Assembly (NCBI RefSeq): GCF_006345805.1
Contig: NC_043021.1
Location: forward strand, 9,176,001-9,240,000
Direction: 5' to 3'
Source of the DNA: Octopus sinensis
Lineage: Eukaryota
DNA length: 64,000 nt
Shown here piece by piece: positions 1 through 13,028 of the stretch. The notes beneath the pieces are model-generated. The model did not search any database. It saw only the letters and a program-made list of their open reading frames with translations, and was not told where the DNA came from. The first letter of the stretch is position 1. Each line of letters begins with the position of its first letter. A program made the translations under genes and the position numbers.

Positions 1-5
1 TACCA

Positions 6-77
6 AGTTCCAGCAAGTTTCGAACTCACGACCATTTGCATGGTAAGCAGACATGATAACCACTACACTACGATACA
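6..77 (-). pseudogene. Degenerate tRNA-like sequence (tRNA-Val-type D arm, ACC in loop); pseudogene or SINE head
   Basis: Minus strand CGTAGTGTAGTGGTTATCA...TTACCAT...GAGTTCGAAAC has A and B boxes, but the acceptor stem pairs poorly. Confidence 0.5.
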
Positions 78-99
78 TACAAAGAAGTACCAATCACTA

Positions 100-465
100 A
101 CAGTAGAGGAAAGTTGTGGAGGTGGAAGACATGGATGCAGTATTGAAGATTAAAGGCTAATCTCAAAATGCTGAGCCTGACAAAGGTGATGACAGAGAAC
201 CAAGATATGTGGTGCATTGCTGTACTTGAGAAGACCTGCCCACCACAACAGAATTGAGATCCTAAAACCAAGGTGTCACGCAAAGAGCATTGTTGTGGGT
301 GTTGGTGCCATGTAAAAAGCATCCAGTATATTCTGTGAAATGGTTGGCATTCAGAACCCAAGCCAAAAACAGAATATGGAACCTGGTGCAGCCCAGCCCA
401 TTGGTCTTGCCAGTTCCTGTCAAGCTGTCCAACCCTGGGAAAATGGATGTTAACTGTTGATGATG
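100..465 (+). mobile_element. Decayed RTE-type LINE 3' end running into family B sequence
   Basis: KTW...AVLEKT-like ORF terminus followed by degenerate B motifs and a (GAT)n tail. Confidence 0.55.
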
Positions 466-467
466 AT

Positions 468-830
468 GTACAGGAGTGGCTGTGTGGTAAGATGCTTGGT
501 TTCAGGTTCAGTCCCACTGTATGGCACCTTGGGCAAGTGTTTTCTACTATAACCTCAGGCCGACCAAAACCTTGTGAGTGGATTTGGTAGACGGAAACTG
601 AAAGAAGCCTATCAAATATGTGTGTGTGTGTCTTTGTCTCTGTGTTTGTCCCACCACCATCACTCGACAACCGATGTTGGTGTGCTTATGTTCCTGTAAC
701 CTAGCGGTTCGGCAAAAGAGACTGATAGAATAAGTACCAGGCTTTAAAAAAGTCCTGGGGTCAATTTGTTCAACTAAAACTCCTTAAGGCAGTGCTCCAG
801 CATGGCTGCAGTCAAATTACAAACAAATAA
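468..830 (+). mobile_element. SINE family A (tRNA-like head, CORE-like segment, internal microsatellite)
   Basis: Head CAGGAGTGGCTGTGTGGTAAG...GGTTCAGTCCCACTG, tail GTGCTCCAGCATGG; more than 25 related copies in the window. Confidence 0.85.
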
Positions 831-847
831 AATGTGTGTGTGTGTGT

Positions 848-880
<33 letters not shown>

Positions 881-1099
881 CCTATGTTTAAAGGGTTCTA
901 GCAGATTTATTTGTATCATTCCTTTACCATCACTCTCCCCCGCTACCTTAATCACCAATCACTCTCACCAATCACTTTGATTCTACTAAACACTTCTGCT
1001 TCATTTAACCACTCACCCTGGTTCCTCTGCCATCCTCTCTCTCTCTCTCTTTTATTCACCCTCTTGGTCACAGTACCATCATAGAGTCAGCAAAGATTT

Positions 1100-1422
1100 T
1101 TATTGTACGTAAAAAGCACCATCCGAATCGTGGCCGAAGCCAGTGCCGCCTCGAATGGCTTCCGTGCAGGTGGCACGTAAAATGCACCAATCCGACCGTA
1201 GCCGGTGCCAGCCTCGCCTGGCACTAGTGCAAGTGACACGTAAAAAGCACCCACTACACTCACGGAGTGGTTGGCGTTAGGAAGGGCATCCAGCTGTAGA
1301 AACATTGCCAGATAAGACTGGAGCCTGGTGCAGCCGCCTTCTGGCTTCCCAGATCCCCGGTCGAACCGTCCAACCCATGCTAGCATGGAGAACGGACGTT
1401 AAACGATGATGATGATGATGAT
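1100..1422 (+). mobile_element. Family B repeat (RTE-LINE 3' end-like, (GAT)n tail)
   Basis: GGTGGCACGTAAAA subrepeats, TGGTTGGCGTTAGGAAGGGCATCCAGC core, GGACGTTAAAC(GAT)n tail. Confidence 0.85.
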
Positions 1423-2229
1423 GGAGTGCCAGGTAACCTCATAATTTCAGGTACCATGATGAACTCAATACACACTGTAAAATGATTGGTGAATGAGTAG
1501 AAACAACACAGGGTCGAGAGGAGCCTCTAGGTTTGTCAAAGATATGACAATCTCTCACTTGCACCGGTGCCAGGATAAAATGCAGCCAGTGCACCACAAA
1601 GTAGATAGTGGAGGAATGGAGACAACACAGGGCAGAGAGGACCCTTTAGTTTTCTTGAAGATAAGACGATGTTCCTGGTGCTGATGCTATGATAAAGTAG
1701 TTGATGTAGGACGGATATCCAGCCATAAACTAGACATCAAAATGGTATGTACAAACGGGACATTGTCCTCCAATCTGAAAGGAAGGCTGTAACTCTGAAT
1801 AAGAACTGACTCCGATCATAATGACAGGCCCAACCCATGTTGGCACAGAAAGCAAACATAGACGATTATGATAATGATAGTAATAGCGGCAAAACCCATT
1901 GAGACCTAAATTTACTACAGACAAAAACCATAAAAGCATATAATTAAAAATTAATTGCAATTAATTCAGTAAAGCTAAGTACACAGATGTCCTTTGTTAA
2001 TGAGTGAGCTACTCAAATTAAAACAACCATATGTGCAGGCATGGGTGTGTGGTATGAAGTTGGCTTCCCAACCACATGGTTCCGGGTTCAGTCCCAATGC
2101 ATGGCACCTTGGGAAAGTGTCTTCTACTATAACCTCAGGCCAACCAAAGTCTCATGGGTGGATTTGGTAGACAAACTGAAAGAAGTTCATCATATATATA
2201 TACATACACACACACACACATATATATAT

Positions 2230-2438
2230 ACTCTTTACTCTTTTACTTGTTTCAGTCATTTGACTGCGGCCATGCTGGAGCACCGCCTTTAGTCGAGCAA
2301 ATCGACCCCAGGACTTATTCTTTGTAAGCCCAGTACTTATTCTATCGGTCTCTTTTGCCGAACCGCTAAGTGACGGGGACGTAAACACACCAGCATCGGT
2401 TGTCAAGCAATGCTAGGGCGACAAACACAGACACACAA

Positions 2439-2485
<47 letters not shown>

Positions 2486-2649
2486 TACGACGGGCTTCTT
2501 TCAGTTTCCGTCTACCAAATCCACTCACAAGGCATTGGTCGGCCCGGGGCTATAGCAGAAGACACTTGCCCAAGATGCCACGCAGTGGGACTGAACCCCA
2601 GAACCATGTGGTTGGTTAGCAAGCTACTTACCACACAGCCACTCCTGCA

Positions 2650-2652
<3 letters not shown>
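2230..2652 (-). mobile_element. SINE family A, full length
   Basis: Reverse-complement match to the A consensus with internal (TA)n/(CA)n; followed by (TA)n 2652-2723. Confidence 0.9.
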
Positions 2653-2726
<74 letters not shown>

Positions 2727-3070
2727 AGCCAACGTCATTAGCTAAAGAAATAAATAAAAAAACCTAGAGGCAATTCTCCAGTATGACCCCAGACCAATAA
2801 TAATTGAAATAGGTAAAACAACATAAAAATGTGCTGTAAATCAGCTTAAAGCATGAGGCAACACAAGCTATTCGTTCAAACCTTATCACAACAAAGTCTG
2901 ATCAATGTATTTAACACATGCACACACCTCACCATTCAGCAACAAGCCAATTCTTTCTCTATTCGGCATGAACAAGCTTCTTTGTAGTTATTCAACCTGC
3001 TAGAAATAGCAGCCAAATTACCTTCCTATTATAAACTGCCTGACAAAAAAAAAGGAACATATCGTGTACC

Positions 3071-3336
3071 TTAACTCTTTAGCATTCAAACTGCTTTACC
3101 AAATGTAATGCTTATTTATTCCTTTTTATGTTTCAGCCCTAAGGCTGTGGCAATGCTGGGGCACCATTATTTTAGATTAATTATGCATTGTTATAACTTC
3201 AAAATTTCAGTGATGTGATTGCTTCTTTTTAGAATGACATTGTAGGGTAGGTGTGACAGACCACATATTGTTAGTTTGAATATAGAACAGGTATAACATT
3301 TGGCCTAGATATTGTTGGTTTGAATGCTAAAAGGTA
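3071..3336. mobile_element. Degenerate TTAA-flanked (piggyBac-type) MITE
   Basis: TTAACTCTTTAGCATT...AATGCTAAAAGG; internal similarity to 58957-59177. Confidence 0.6.
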
Positions 3337-4353
3337 AAAAAAAAAAAAAGATCGGATGGTCTGTTTTTGGCCACAGGTCTGTTCAGTCAAAGATGACCAG
3401 AAGCTAAATAACACTAAATGAATAAGTGACGCAATGAGTCATGTCATGAATATAAATAGCTGAAACGGGATTTATCCAAAAAAATCTCTTCAATAATGTT
3501 ACTTGACACGTTGTGTAGCTCAGAGAGTCTCTCCAGATCAAGTCACTACTTGTCCGCATTGGGGGGTCACAGTTTTGATACTACAAACAGGTGGTCGCAG
3601 AAAAGACAGGCAAGATAGAATCTTCAGGTCAAGCCAACCAGCAGGAGACCTATGGGACAGACTAAAAACAAGATTATTGGATAAGATCCTTAGTCTCAGT
3701 TGGTCATATTTTGGTGGGGGCCAGCTGGAATGTTTAATGATGGTGATTCTGGTAGGAACCCTGTGGAGGAAGAGGTGCCTGCAGACTCTACACCTACAAC
3801 CTTTCCAAGAACATTGGGCAGAAAAAGAAGATGGATAGATGGATGGAGGAAACAGATAGTAGCCAAGCCTACCTCAAATCACAACCTAGTCTTCAAGAAA
3901 AAAAAAAAAAAAAAGGCAAGGATGCATTGCCTAACTTAGTCTTAGATACACCAAAAGAAAAAGTCAAGATAATCACAGTGGAAATACCATTCATCCTAAA
4001 ATCAGTTTGATCTGCATTCACTTGGAGAAAGAAGGGCAGCAAACACAATAAGCAGGATCTCTGAGACTAGTTGAGAAAAAAAGTGCAAGACACCCGAAAC
4101 TAGGCCCAAGTGCTTACAAAAGGTTGGATCCTATACAAGATACTCAAGAGCCAGATGGTGGCATTAAACCATGTGATAGACTAGGTTTGAATAAGATCTG
4201 TCACCTGAGTGGATCCTGGAAAAGCCACCCACAGGCCAAGTGGTGTTAAAAAATGCAATCGATTAGGTCTAAATTAGATCCACTGTCCTTGTCCCCGAGA
4301 AAAATACCCAAGAGTCAAGAGGTGGTGGTGGTGGTGGTATTAGTCTGTCAGAA

Positions 4354-5158
4354 GGCGGTGAGCTGGCAGAAACGTTAGCACACTGGGCGAAATGCGTAGC
4401 TGTACTTCGTCTGTCGTTACGTTGTGAGTTCAAATTCCGCCGAGGTCGACTTTGCCTTTCATCCTTTCGGGGTCGATAAATTAAGTACCGGTTACGCACT
4501 GGGGGTTGATGTAATCGACTTAATACCTATGTCTGTCCTTGTTTGTCCCCTCTATGTTTAGTCCCTTGTGGGTAATAAAGAAATAGAAATAGGTATTTCA
4601 TCTGCCGCTACGTTCTGAGTTCAAATTCCGCCGAGGTCGACTTTGCCTTTCATCTTTCGGGGTCGATAAATTAAGTACCGGTTACGCACTGGGGGTTGAT
4701 GTAATCGACTTAATACCTATGTCTGTCCTTGTTTGTCCCCTCTATGTTTAGTCCCTTGTGGGTAATAAAGAAATAGAAATAGGTATTTCATCTGCCGCTA
4801 CGTTCTGAGTTCAAATTCCGCCGAGGTCGACTTTGCCTTTCATCCTTTCGGGGTCGATAAATTAAGTACCGGTTACGCACTGGGGGTTGATGTAATCGAC
4901 TTAATACCTATGTCTGTCCTTGTTTGTCCCCTCTATGTTTAGTCCCTTGTGGGTAATAAAGAAATAGAAATAGGTATTTCATCTGCCGCTACGTTCTGAG
5001 TTCAAATTCCGCCGAGGTCGACTTTGCCTTTCATCCTTTCGGGGTCGATAAATTAAGTACCGGTTACGCACTGGGGGTTGATGTAATCGACTTAATACCT
5101 ATGTCTGTCCTTGTTTGTCCCCTCTATGTTTAGCGCCATGGTGGGCAATAAAGAAATA
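4354..5158 (+). mobile_element. SINE family C, one head plus four tandem ~190-bp body units
   Basis: GGCGGTGAGCTGGCAG head; body GAGTTCAAATTCCGCCGAGGTCGACTTTGCCTTTCATC repeated four times; flanking near-duplicate GGTATTA(GT/AA)CTGTCAG at 4336 and 5159. Confidence 0.9.
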
Positions 5159-5598
5159 GGTATTAAACTGTCAGCCTTCTATAGTTTCTGTTCACACAAT
5201 TTCACTCACAAGACACTGGACAACAGAAGGGTACAGTTAAAAATGCTTCCCAAAGCTCTGTGCAGTAGGTATGAACCCAGAACCAAGGGATTTTGAAGCA
5301 ACCTTCTTAACCACAAATCCAAAACACCAAATTAGAAAAAAAAACAATAAAAACCATAGAATTAAATAAATTTAAACTGAGCAGATCTTTTTTGCACAAA
5401 CCTTTTTGTAGTAAATGCGTCAATAAAATAGTCTTTTTTTTTAATGCTTGAATGATTAACAAACAGCGAGGAAGTAGGCCAAGTCAATTTGTATGACTGT
5501 CGCAACTGAAATTACACCTGGGCTTACGTGACTAGATACAAAAAACCACCCCCACTACACGTTGATAAGCGAAAATACACCTCAGAGAACGTACTTAC

Positions 5599-5709
5599 CT
5601 CCATCACTAAACATTCTCCTTTCAATTGTTGAACGAGAGATGCCAGCCTAGCAGTCTCAGACTCAGAGAAATTGGACAAGAGGATCACGGGAAAGTTCAT
5701 TCTAATCAT
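5599..5709 (-). CDS. Isolated exon encoding a BRCT-domain-like N-terminal segment of an unidentified minus-strand gene
   Basis: Minus strand: gttctttcAG|ATG...GAG|GTAAGT; 37 codons MIRMNFPVILLSNFSESETARLASLVQQLKGECLVME fit the BRCT beta1-alpha1 pattern (hydrophobic-LS(G/N)F...L..LV..L.G); unique sequence. Confidence 0.6.
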
Positions 5710-6171
5710 CTGAAAGAACAAACAGTGGTTGAAAATGAATTAATGATTTAAATATCAAATAACAGAGTTGCACGGCTACTACTACTACTGCTACTTTTAC
5801 TGCAATTACTATTATTAACATTATTATGATATCACTGTAAATACCACTTTCATTTATTATTGTTGTTGTTGTTAATATATTTTAAAGTAGGGCACATGTT
5901 AGTTACTCACATACTCAACGAGATTGTACAAGGATGTATTAAGCAGAGTATTATCACTGTCAACTACTATAAAGACAAAGGAGATGCTTTAGAGAGACCC
6001 AAATACAGAGCTCCAAAGTAAAAAAAAACAAAAACAATTATGAAACCATCAGAAGGAGAGATATAGTACAAATGATTAGGAATAGAAACAGTATAGATAG
6101 CTCTGGACTTGTGCCAAAGAGGGGAGCCACAGATGCCCTCTTCCCACAGAGACAACTAAGGCAACTCTCTC

Positions 6172-6381
6172 TCTTTACTCTTTTAACTTGTTTCAGTCAT
6201 TTGACTGCGGCCATGCTGGAGCACCGCCTTTAGTCGAGCAAATCGACCCCGGGACTTATTCTTTGTAAGCCCAGTACTTATTCTATCGGTCTCTTTTGCC
6301 GAACCGCTAAGTGACGGGGACGTAAACACACCAGCATCGGTTGTCAAGCAATGCTAGGGGGACAAACACACACACACACAC

Positions 6382-6418
<37 letters not shown>

Positions 6419-6582
6419 CGACAGGCTTCTTTCAGTTTCCCTCTACCAAATCCACTCACAAAGGCATTGGTCAGCCCGGGGCTATAGCAGAAGACACTTG
6501 CCCAAGATGTTACGCAGTGGGACTGAACCCAGAACTATGTGGTTGGTTTGCAAGCTACTTACCACACAGCCACTCCTGCACC
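6172..6582 (-). mobile_element. SINE family A, full length
   Basis: Match to A consensus. Confidence 0.9.
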
Positions 6583-6599
6583 TACTTCCTGTGGAAGTT

Positions 6600-7610
6600 G
6601 TTACCAAAAAGTAAGTCGCTATATCATGTGTTGGCCTGGAGAAGGCTTCTGATATGTTACACTTTGTAACCTGTTGGCCACAGAAGAAACACAGGTGAAA
6701 AGCTGAGCAAATCATAATCAAAGATGCAGACAGCAAGGTGAGAGTTAAAATTGAATTTAGAATACAAGCAGGGGTCCATCAGGGCTCAATTCTCAGTGTC
6801 CTATTTATTTATTATAATTCTCCGGGTCATAAAAGACTCTTGATAAGCTCTCAGTGGGAACTCTTGTATGTCAATAACCAAGTTCTTAAAGCCAGGTCTA
6901 TCAGAGAGATAGAGAAAAAAAATTGATATATGGCAGCAAAGCCTAGAATTAAGAGGACTCATAATAAATCTAGAAAATACAGAAGTTTTAATTATCAGGA
7001 AATAAGCCAGGGGTCAACTGGAGGTTGGCCATACTCAGTATGCAGAAAAGGAGTTAAGTAGGAACTGTGTATTATGTACCGATTCCAAACACACGATGCA
7101 GTAGGATCACTGACAGCGATTGAAAAGGAAGACACCATATGTAGCAGATGTGAAGAAGTAATCAGCGGTAAAAGTGCACATTAAACAAATTTTAAATTGT
7201 TCCAAAGGATCCCAAAAAGATAATTACCAAAATGAATTAGGCAGTGGAGGTCATCATCATCACCATCGTTTAACGTCCGTTTTCCATGCTAGCATGGGTT
7301 GGACGGTTCGGCTGGGGTCTGGGAAGCCAGGAGGCTGCACCAGGCCCAGTCTGATCTGGCAGTGTTTCTACAGCTGGATGCCCTGCCCTTCCTAACACCA
7401 ACCACTCCGTGAGTGTAGTGGGTGCTTTTTACGTGCCACCGGCACAGGTGCCAGGCGAAACTGGCAACGGTTACGATCAGTTGGTGCTTTTTACGTGCCA
7501 CCGGCACAGAGGCCAGTCAAGGCGGCACTGGCAACGGCCGTTTCAAAACTATTGTAGCCAGAATAAGAATGGCATGGGAAAAAATTCAAGAAGTGAAGGG
7601 CAACTTCATT
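6600..7610 (+). mobile_element. Decayed RTE-type LINE reverse transcriptase fragment interrupted by a family B copy (7251-7545, minus)
   Basis: EFRIQAGVHQGSILS (RT motif), WELLY and later ARIRMAW; many stops and frameshifts. Confidence 0.7.
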
Positions 7611-8218
7611 TACTCATCATAAAGATATGCCCACATTTCATCCCCTGCCATCTGATCAGAAACGGCTCCAGAAATTTGCAGCAGACCAGATCCAGTGTTG
7701 TACCTTGGGCAAGTGTCTTATACTTTAGCCATGAGCTGACCAAAGCCTTGTGAGTGGATTTGGTAGGCAGAAACAAAGAAGCTCACTCTGTGTGTGTGTG
7801 TGTCCTACCACCACCCACTTGACAACCAGTGTTGGTGTGTTTACATCTCCATACCTTAGAGGTTTAGCAAGAGGGACCGACAGAATAAGTACCAGAATTA
7901 AAAAAACAAAGGAGTACCGGGGTCAATTCATTCAACTAAAAAAATTCTTCAAAGCAGTGCCCCAGCATGGCCACAATCTAATGACTGAAACTCGTAAAAA
8001 ATAAACAATAAAAGAGGCAGACCAAGACTTGTCACCTTCAAATCGGGTACCAACTTCCAGGGGACCCACTTTGCACAAATCTTCAAATACCAAGTCGTCC
8101 ACCATTTTCTGGAATATGCTGTAACAAGAGTCCAGTTGTACAATAAGCTCACGAGTAACTGCCCAGTTGAATAGAAATCTTGTATAGACAGATGAGGCAG
8201 CTCATATCATTGAATCTT

Positions 8219-8609
8219 TTCTTTTATTCTTTTACTTGTTTCAGTCATTTGACTGCGGCCATGCTGGAGCACCGCCTTTAGTGAGCAAATTGACCCCGAG
8301 ACTTATTCTTTGTAATTATTCTATCGGTCTCTTTTGCCGAACCGCTAAGTGACGGGGACATAGACACACCAACATCAGTTGTCAAGCAATGCTAGGGGGA
8401 CAAACACAGACACACAAACACGCATATATATACATACATACATACGACGGGCTTCTTTCAGTTTCCGTCAACCAAATCCACTCACAAGGCTTTGGTCGGC
8501 CCGAGGCTATAGTAGAAGACACTTGCCCAAGATGCCACGCAGTGGGACTGAACCCGGAACCATGTGATTGGTAAGCAAGCTACTTACCACACAGCCACTC
8601 CTGCACCTA
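8219..8609 (-). mobile_element. SINE family A
   Basis: Match to A consensus. Confidence 0.9.
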
Positions 8610-9085
8610 TGGTTTATTAAAATTTTCCTTAGAGTCAACAAATTCTTGTCCAAGCATGTGGCTGGCTATGAGTGTGGCTATACATGAGTGTGTCTATACA
8701 TGAGTGTGTCTATACATGAGTGTGTCTATACATGAGTGTGTGTATGTATAAGCATGTGCATATGTTGTGTATGCATATGCTTATATGTCTGTGTGTGTGG
8801 AGTGTGCATGTGTGTGTTTCTATTTGTGTGTATGTCCATACTACCTATTGACCTACCTACCTACCTACCTACTTCCCCACTTATCTACCTACTTACATAA
8901 TTAAGTAACTAGCAATCCATATAACTAATTTAACCACCTGAAACCTATCTACTTACCTACCTACCTATTTACCTACTTACAAATGTACCTACACTGTGTG
9001 GGTGGTGCCTGTAGCACTGGGGCATCCCTACCTTCTACATGTATTTTCTATTTAGTACGGGTAATGTTGCATTTACAAGGACATA

Positions 9086-9516
9086 TACTCTTACTCTTTT
9101 ACTTGTTTCAGTCATTCGACTGTGGCCATGCTGGAGCACCGCCTTTAGTCGAGCAAATCGACCCCGGGACTTATTCTTTGTAAGCCTAGTAATTATTCGA
9201 TCGGTCTCTTTTGCCGAACCGCTAAGTTACGGGGACGTAAACACACCACCATCGGTTGTCAAGCCATGTTTGGGGAACAAACACAGACACACAAACATAT
9301 ATACACACACAGACACACACATATATACATATATATATATACGACAGGCTACTTTCAGTTTCCGTCTACCAAATCCACTCACAAGGCTTTGGTCGGCCCG
9401 AGGCTATAGTAGAAGACACTTGCCCAAGGTGCCACGCAGTGGGAATGAAATGGAACCATGTGGCTGGTAAGCACTCTTGTGCCTAGCTACTTACCACACA
9501 GCCACTCCTGCGCCTA
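9086..9516 (-). mobile_element. SINE family A
   Basis: Match to A consensus. Confidence 0.9.
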
Positions 9517-9531
9517 TATACTTGTATTTCT

Positions 9532-9789
9532 CTAAGTGATGGGTGTTTTGTGTGTGGACAAAATGTGGGTATCAGTTTGGCACAGTATGCCACCATGTTG
9601 GTCTTTGGCATTTTTAAGGAGTATGAAGAACTGTTTCTTGTTATACTCTCTCCAGTGCTCGTTTAATCTCTCCACTATACTCTTAGAGGTTGCCCCAATA
9701 TAAGCTGTATTTCTGTCCTTACAAACTCCTTTCATGCACCTTATATTGTACACTATGTCCCAAGTTAAACAACTGACTATTTGGTTCAA
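9532..9789 (-). mobile_element. Penelope-like element GIY-YIG endonuclease fragment
   Basis: IVYNIRC...C...AYIGATSKSIVERLNEH matches the VYxIxCxxC...YIGxT...R..EH motif. Confidence 0.75.
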
Positions 9790-10366
9790 TATTTAACCAA
9801 CTGACTAATAATAAAGAATGGAATTGAGACAGTGAGTGTGTTAATAATATTGGCACAATGACTCTATCTAGACACAGCAAAATTTGCTTCAACACATGAA
9901 TTCACATAAAGAATCTCACAAACCAGATACAAAAACAAAATAAAGTAAAAATTAAACTAGAACAAGAGAGAAGCAGACAGAACAAGGACAATAGGATTAA
10001 TATGGCAGATTGGAGGATACTGAGCTAGTAAATAAAATACACTGGATATTTATCAGAAGAAAACATAGAGAGATAAACTAGCTTTAATAGTGTTTAGAAG
10101 TACTTAATAATATAAGACAGCTGGATATATATATATAACAAAAGACTCGCAGTTTGTAATGATTGTTAGTACTGAAAATAAGTTTAAAATTTAAATGGCT
10201 GACAGATCCTAAGTGCATAAGTAGACTGTACAGACTGTTTCCTAGTAGACTGTTCCCTTTTGTTCTTTCCTCCTATCTATAGTATTTTTTCACTGTTAAT
10301 CGCTAACATTGTCAAGATGATTTTTTTTGTATGTGTATAATGAAGTTGAAAAAACAAAATGAAAGT

Positions 10367-10765
10367 AGGCATAGGAGTGGCTGTGTGGTAAGCAGCTTGC
10401 TTACCAACCACATGGTCCTGGGTTCAGTCCCACTGTGTGGCACCTTGGGCAAGTGTCTTCTGCTATAGCCTCGGGCCGACCAATGCCTTGTGAGTGGATT
10501 TGGTAGACGGAAACTGAAAGAAGCCTGTCGTATATATGTATATATATATGTATGTGTGTGTGTGTGTCTGTGTTTGTCCCCCTAGCATTGCTTGACAACC
10601 GATGCTGGTGTGTTTACGTCCCCGTCACTTAGCAGTTCGGCAAAAGAGACCGATAGAATAAGTACTGGGCTTACAAAGAATAAGTCCCGGGGTCGATTTG
10701 CTTGACTAAAGACAGTGCTCCAGCATGGCCACAGTCAAATGACTGAAACAAGTGAAAGAGAGAGA
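10367..10765 (+). mobile_element. SINE family A, full length
   Basis: Match to A consensus. Confidence 0.9.
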
Positions 10766-11946
10766 GATAGGAGTGGCTGTGTGGTAAGTAGCTTGCTTAT
10801 TTAGAATGATGGAACCTGAAGGACCCAACTTATATTGACAGCCCAGAGTGGCCTTCGCAGGTGGCTGCTCTGGTGCTGGAAAGAAAGTACTGCGATGTTA
10901 TAATTGACTCGTGTGAAAACGAGAATTATAGAATTCTTTTTTGGAACCCTGGATTACGGTTGCAGGAATGCCTGCAAGTCGCAAGAAAATTGCTTGGGGA
11001 GGAATTGTAGAGGTTTATCACCTCCAATTTGCGTATAAATTATATTTTGTATTTGTGTGGACTTTTGAGTCCAAATATATTGTATTTTAAATTGTAAGAG
11101 GATCAATACCTCTGTATATGTGTTTTTAAAGAACAATATTTTAGAGAAGCAGAGGGTCGGTAGGCACTTTCAGTCTTCTCCCATCCTTATCATCTTGTAT
11201 TATTATCATTTGCCTCATCAATGTCTTGTCCAGGCCGCAAAGCTACCCATCTCTGTACTGCCTCTATGGCAAATGAAATGAATAAAAGAGCTTGCTTACC
11301 AACCACATGACCACATGGTTCAGGATTCAGTCCCACTGCGTGGCACCTTGGGTAAGTGTCTTCTACAATAGTCTTGGACTGACCAAAGCCTTGTGAGTGG
11401 ATTTAGATGGAAACTGAAAGAAGCCTGTCATATATGTGTGTGTGTGTGTTTGTGTGTCGCTGTTTGCCGCCCAGTAACATTTACATGCTTAGATTTGTAA
11501 ACTATAATAAGAATAATACTGGTCAACAAAGAATTTGTCCCAAGAAAAAGAATACCTGTAACGTGTTTTTGCATGCGTAATTCCAAAATAATGTCAAATT
11601 ATCTATATCACACACAGTTTTTCTATCTGACAATTTCCCTCTCAGTTCCTGTTATGTGGGTTAAATTTCAGTTAAGCTGTTGAAATGTGAAGCTAACAGT
11701 TTAAGAAATACTCCTAATTCAAATGTTTATGAATAGAATTAACCTAGTGAAATCATAGATCCAGCTATAGGAGTCAATGGGTCACTGAAGCTCGGCAATA
11801 CTGAGTTGATGAGTCACCGATGCTTTGTCAGTGAAGGTGAGTGGTTGTGTACTAAGTTCAAGTATTCCATTGACCTTCATAATGCCAAGAAACTGTATAA
11901 ACATCACAAACAACTTTTGCTAAATATGAAAAATATGCAATTCAAT

Positions 11947-12409
11947 GACTGGCATCCGTGCTAGTGGGGCGCTAAGAGCACCATCCGAGCATGATTGTTG
12001 CCAGAGCAGCTAACTGGCTTCCGTGCTGGTAGCACATAAAATGCACCATTCGAGTGTGTTCGTTACCAGCATCGCCTTACTGGCACTTGTGCTGGTGGCA
12101 CATAAAAAAAAAATATTCAAGTGAGGTCATTGTCAGTGCCACTGGGCTGGCTCCTGTGCAGGTGGCATGTAAAAACCACCATTTGAGCACGGCTGTTGCC
12201 AGTACTGCCTGATTGGTCCTTGTGCCGGTGGCATGCAAAAGCACCCACTACACTCTTGGAGTGGTTGGCATTAGGAAGAGCATCCAGCTGTAGAAACTCT
12301 GCCAGATCACATTGGAGCCTGGTGCAGCCATCTGGTTAGCCAGTTCTCAGTCAAATCATCCAACGCATGCTAGCATGGAAAGCGGATTTTAAACGATGAT
12401 GATGATGAT
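11947..12409 (+). mobile_element. Family B copy with about five internal subrepeats
   Basis: Repeated GGTGGCAC-TAAAA-CACC units, core and (GAT)n tail. Confidence 0.85.
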
Positions 12410-13028
12410 GTAAAATATTAAGACAATGAACAAAAAATATCTATAATAAAATTCTGTTTAATATAAATTTTTATAAAAACAAAACACGGTGAAGATTCAA
12501 CACAAACAAACACGCAGTTGTCATGGTAATAAGCTGAAAATACCTCGTCAGTTGATTGGCTAAAATTACCCAAATTTTCCAACTTTACTTCCAAATAACG
12601 TCAGATTCTTTAATTTACACGATAAGGTTATTGGTTGATCATAATCGAAATTCAGAGTTGCATCGAGACACCAAAAGTGAAAGCAATCGGATCTAGTCTT
12701 TCTCATTTGCAAAATGAGCCCCCTTTAATTTTGCTCAGATTACTTTCAATTTGGGTGTATCAATGCAACTCTGAATTTTGAACACAATCAACGAATTACT
12801 TTATCTCATAAATTAAAGATTCTGATGTTATCTGGAATTAAAGCTGGGAAATTTGGGTAATTTTAGCCAATCAACAGACAGCAAGGCATTAATAGGTTAT
12901 TATTAAGATAACTGCACATTGTGTAGTGTTTCGGCCGCATGTGTTGATTCTTCATATGAGATTTACTTCACCCATATCTTTTGTTTTAATAAAAATTTAT
13001 ATCTATATAATTAGAATTTTATAATAGA

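Noticed and set aside
6-77. Functional tRNA-Gly(ACC)
   Set aside because: Acceptor stem poorly paired and anticodon atypical; treated as a pseudogene or SINE head.
68-670. 200-aa ORF and the many recurrent DRLLSVSVYQIHSQG / RASFSFRLPNPLTR ORFs
   Set aside because: Read-through of SINE A sequence, not genes.
4354-5158. CRISPR-like or retrozyme-like tandem array
   Set aside because: Units lack unique spacers, there are no cas genes, and I found no CUGANGA/GAAA core on either strand.
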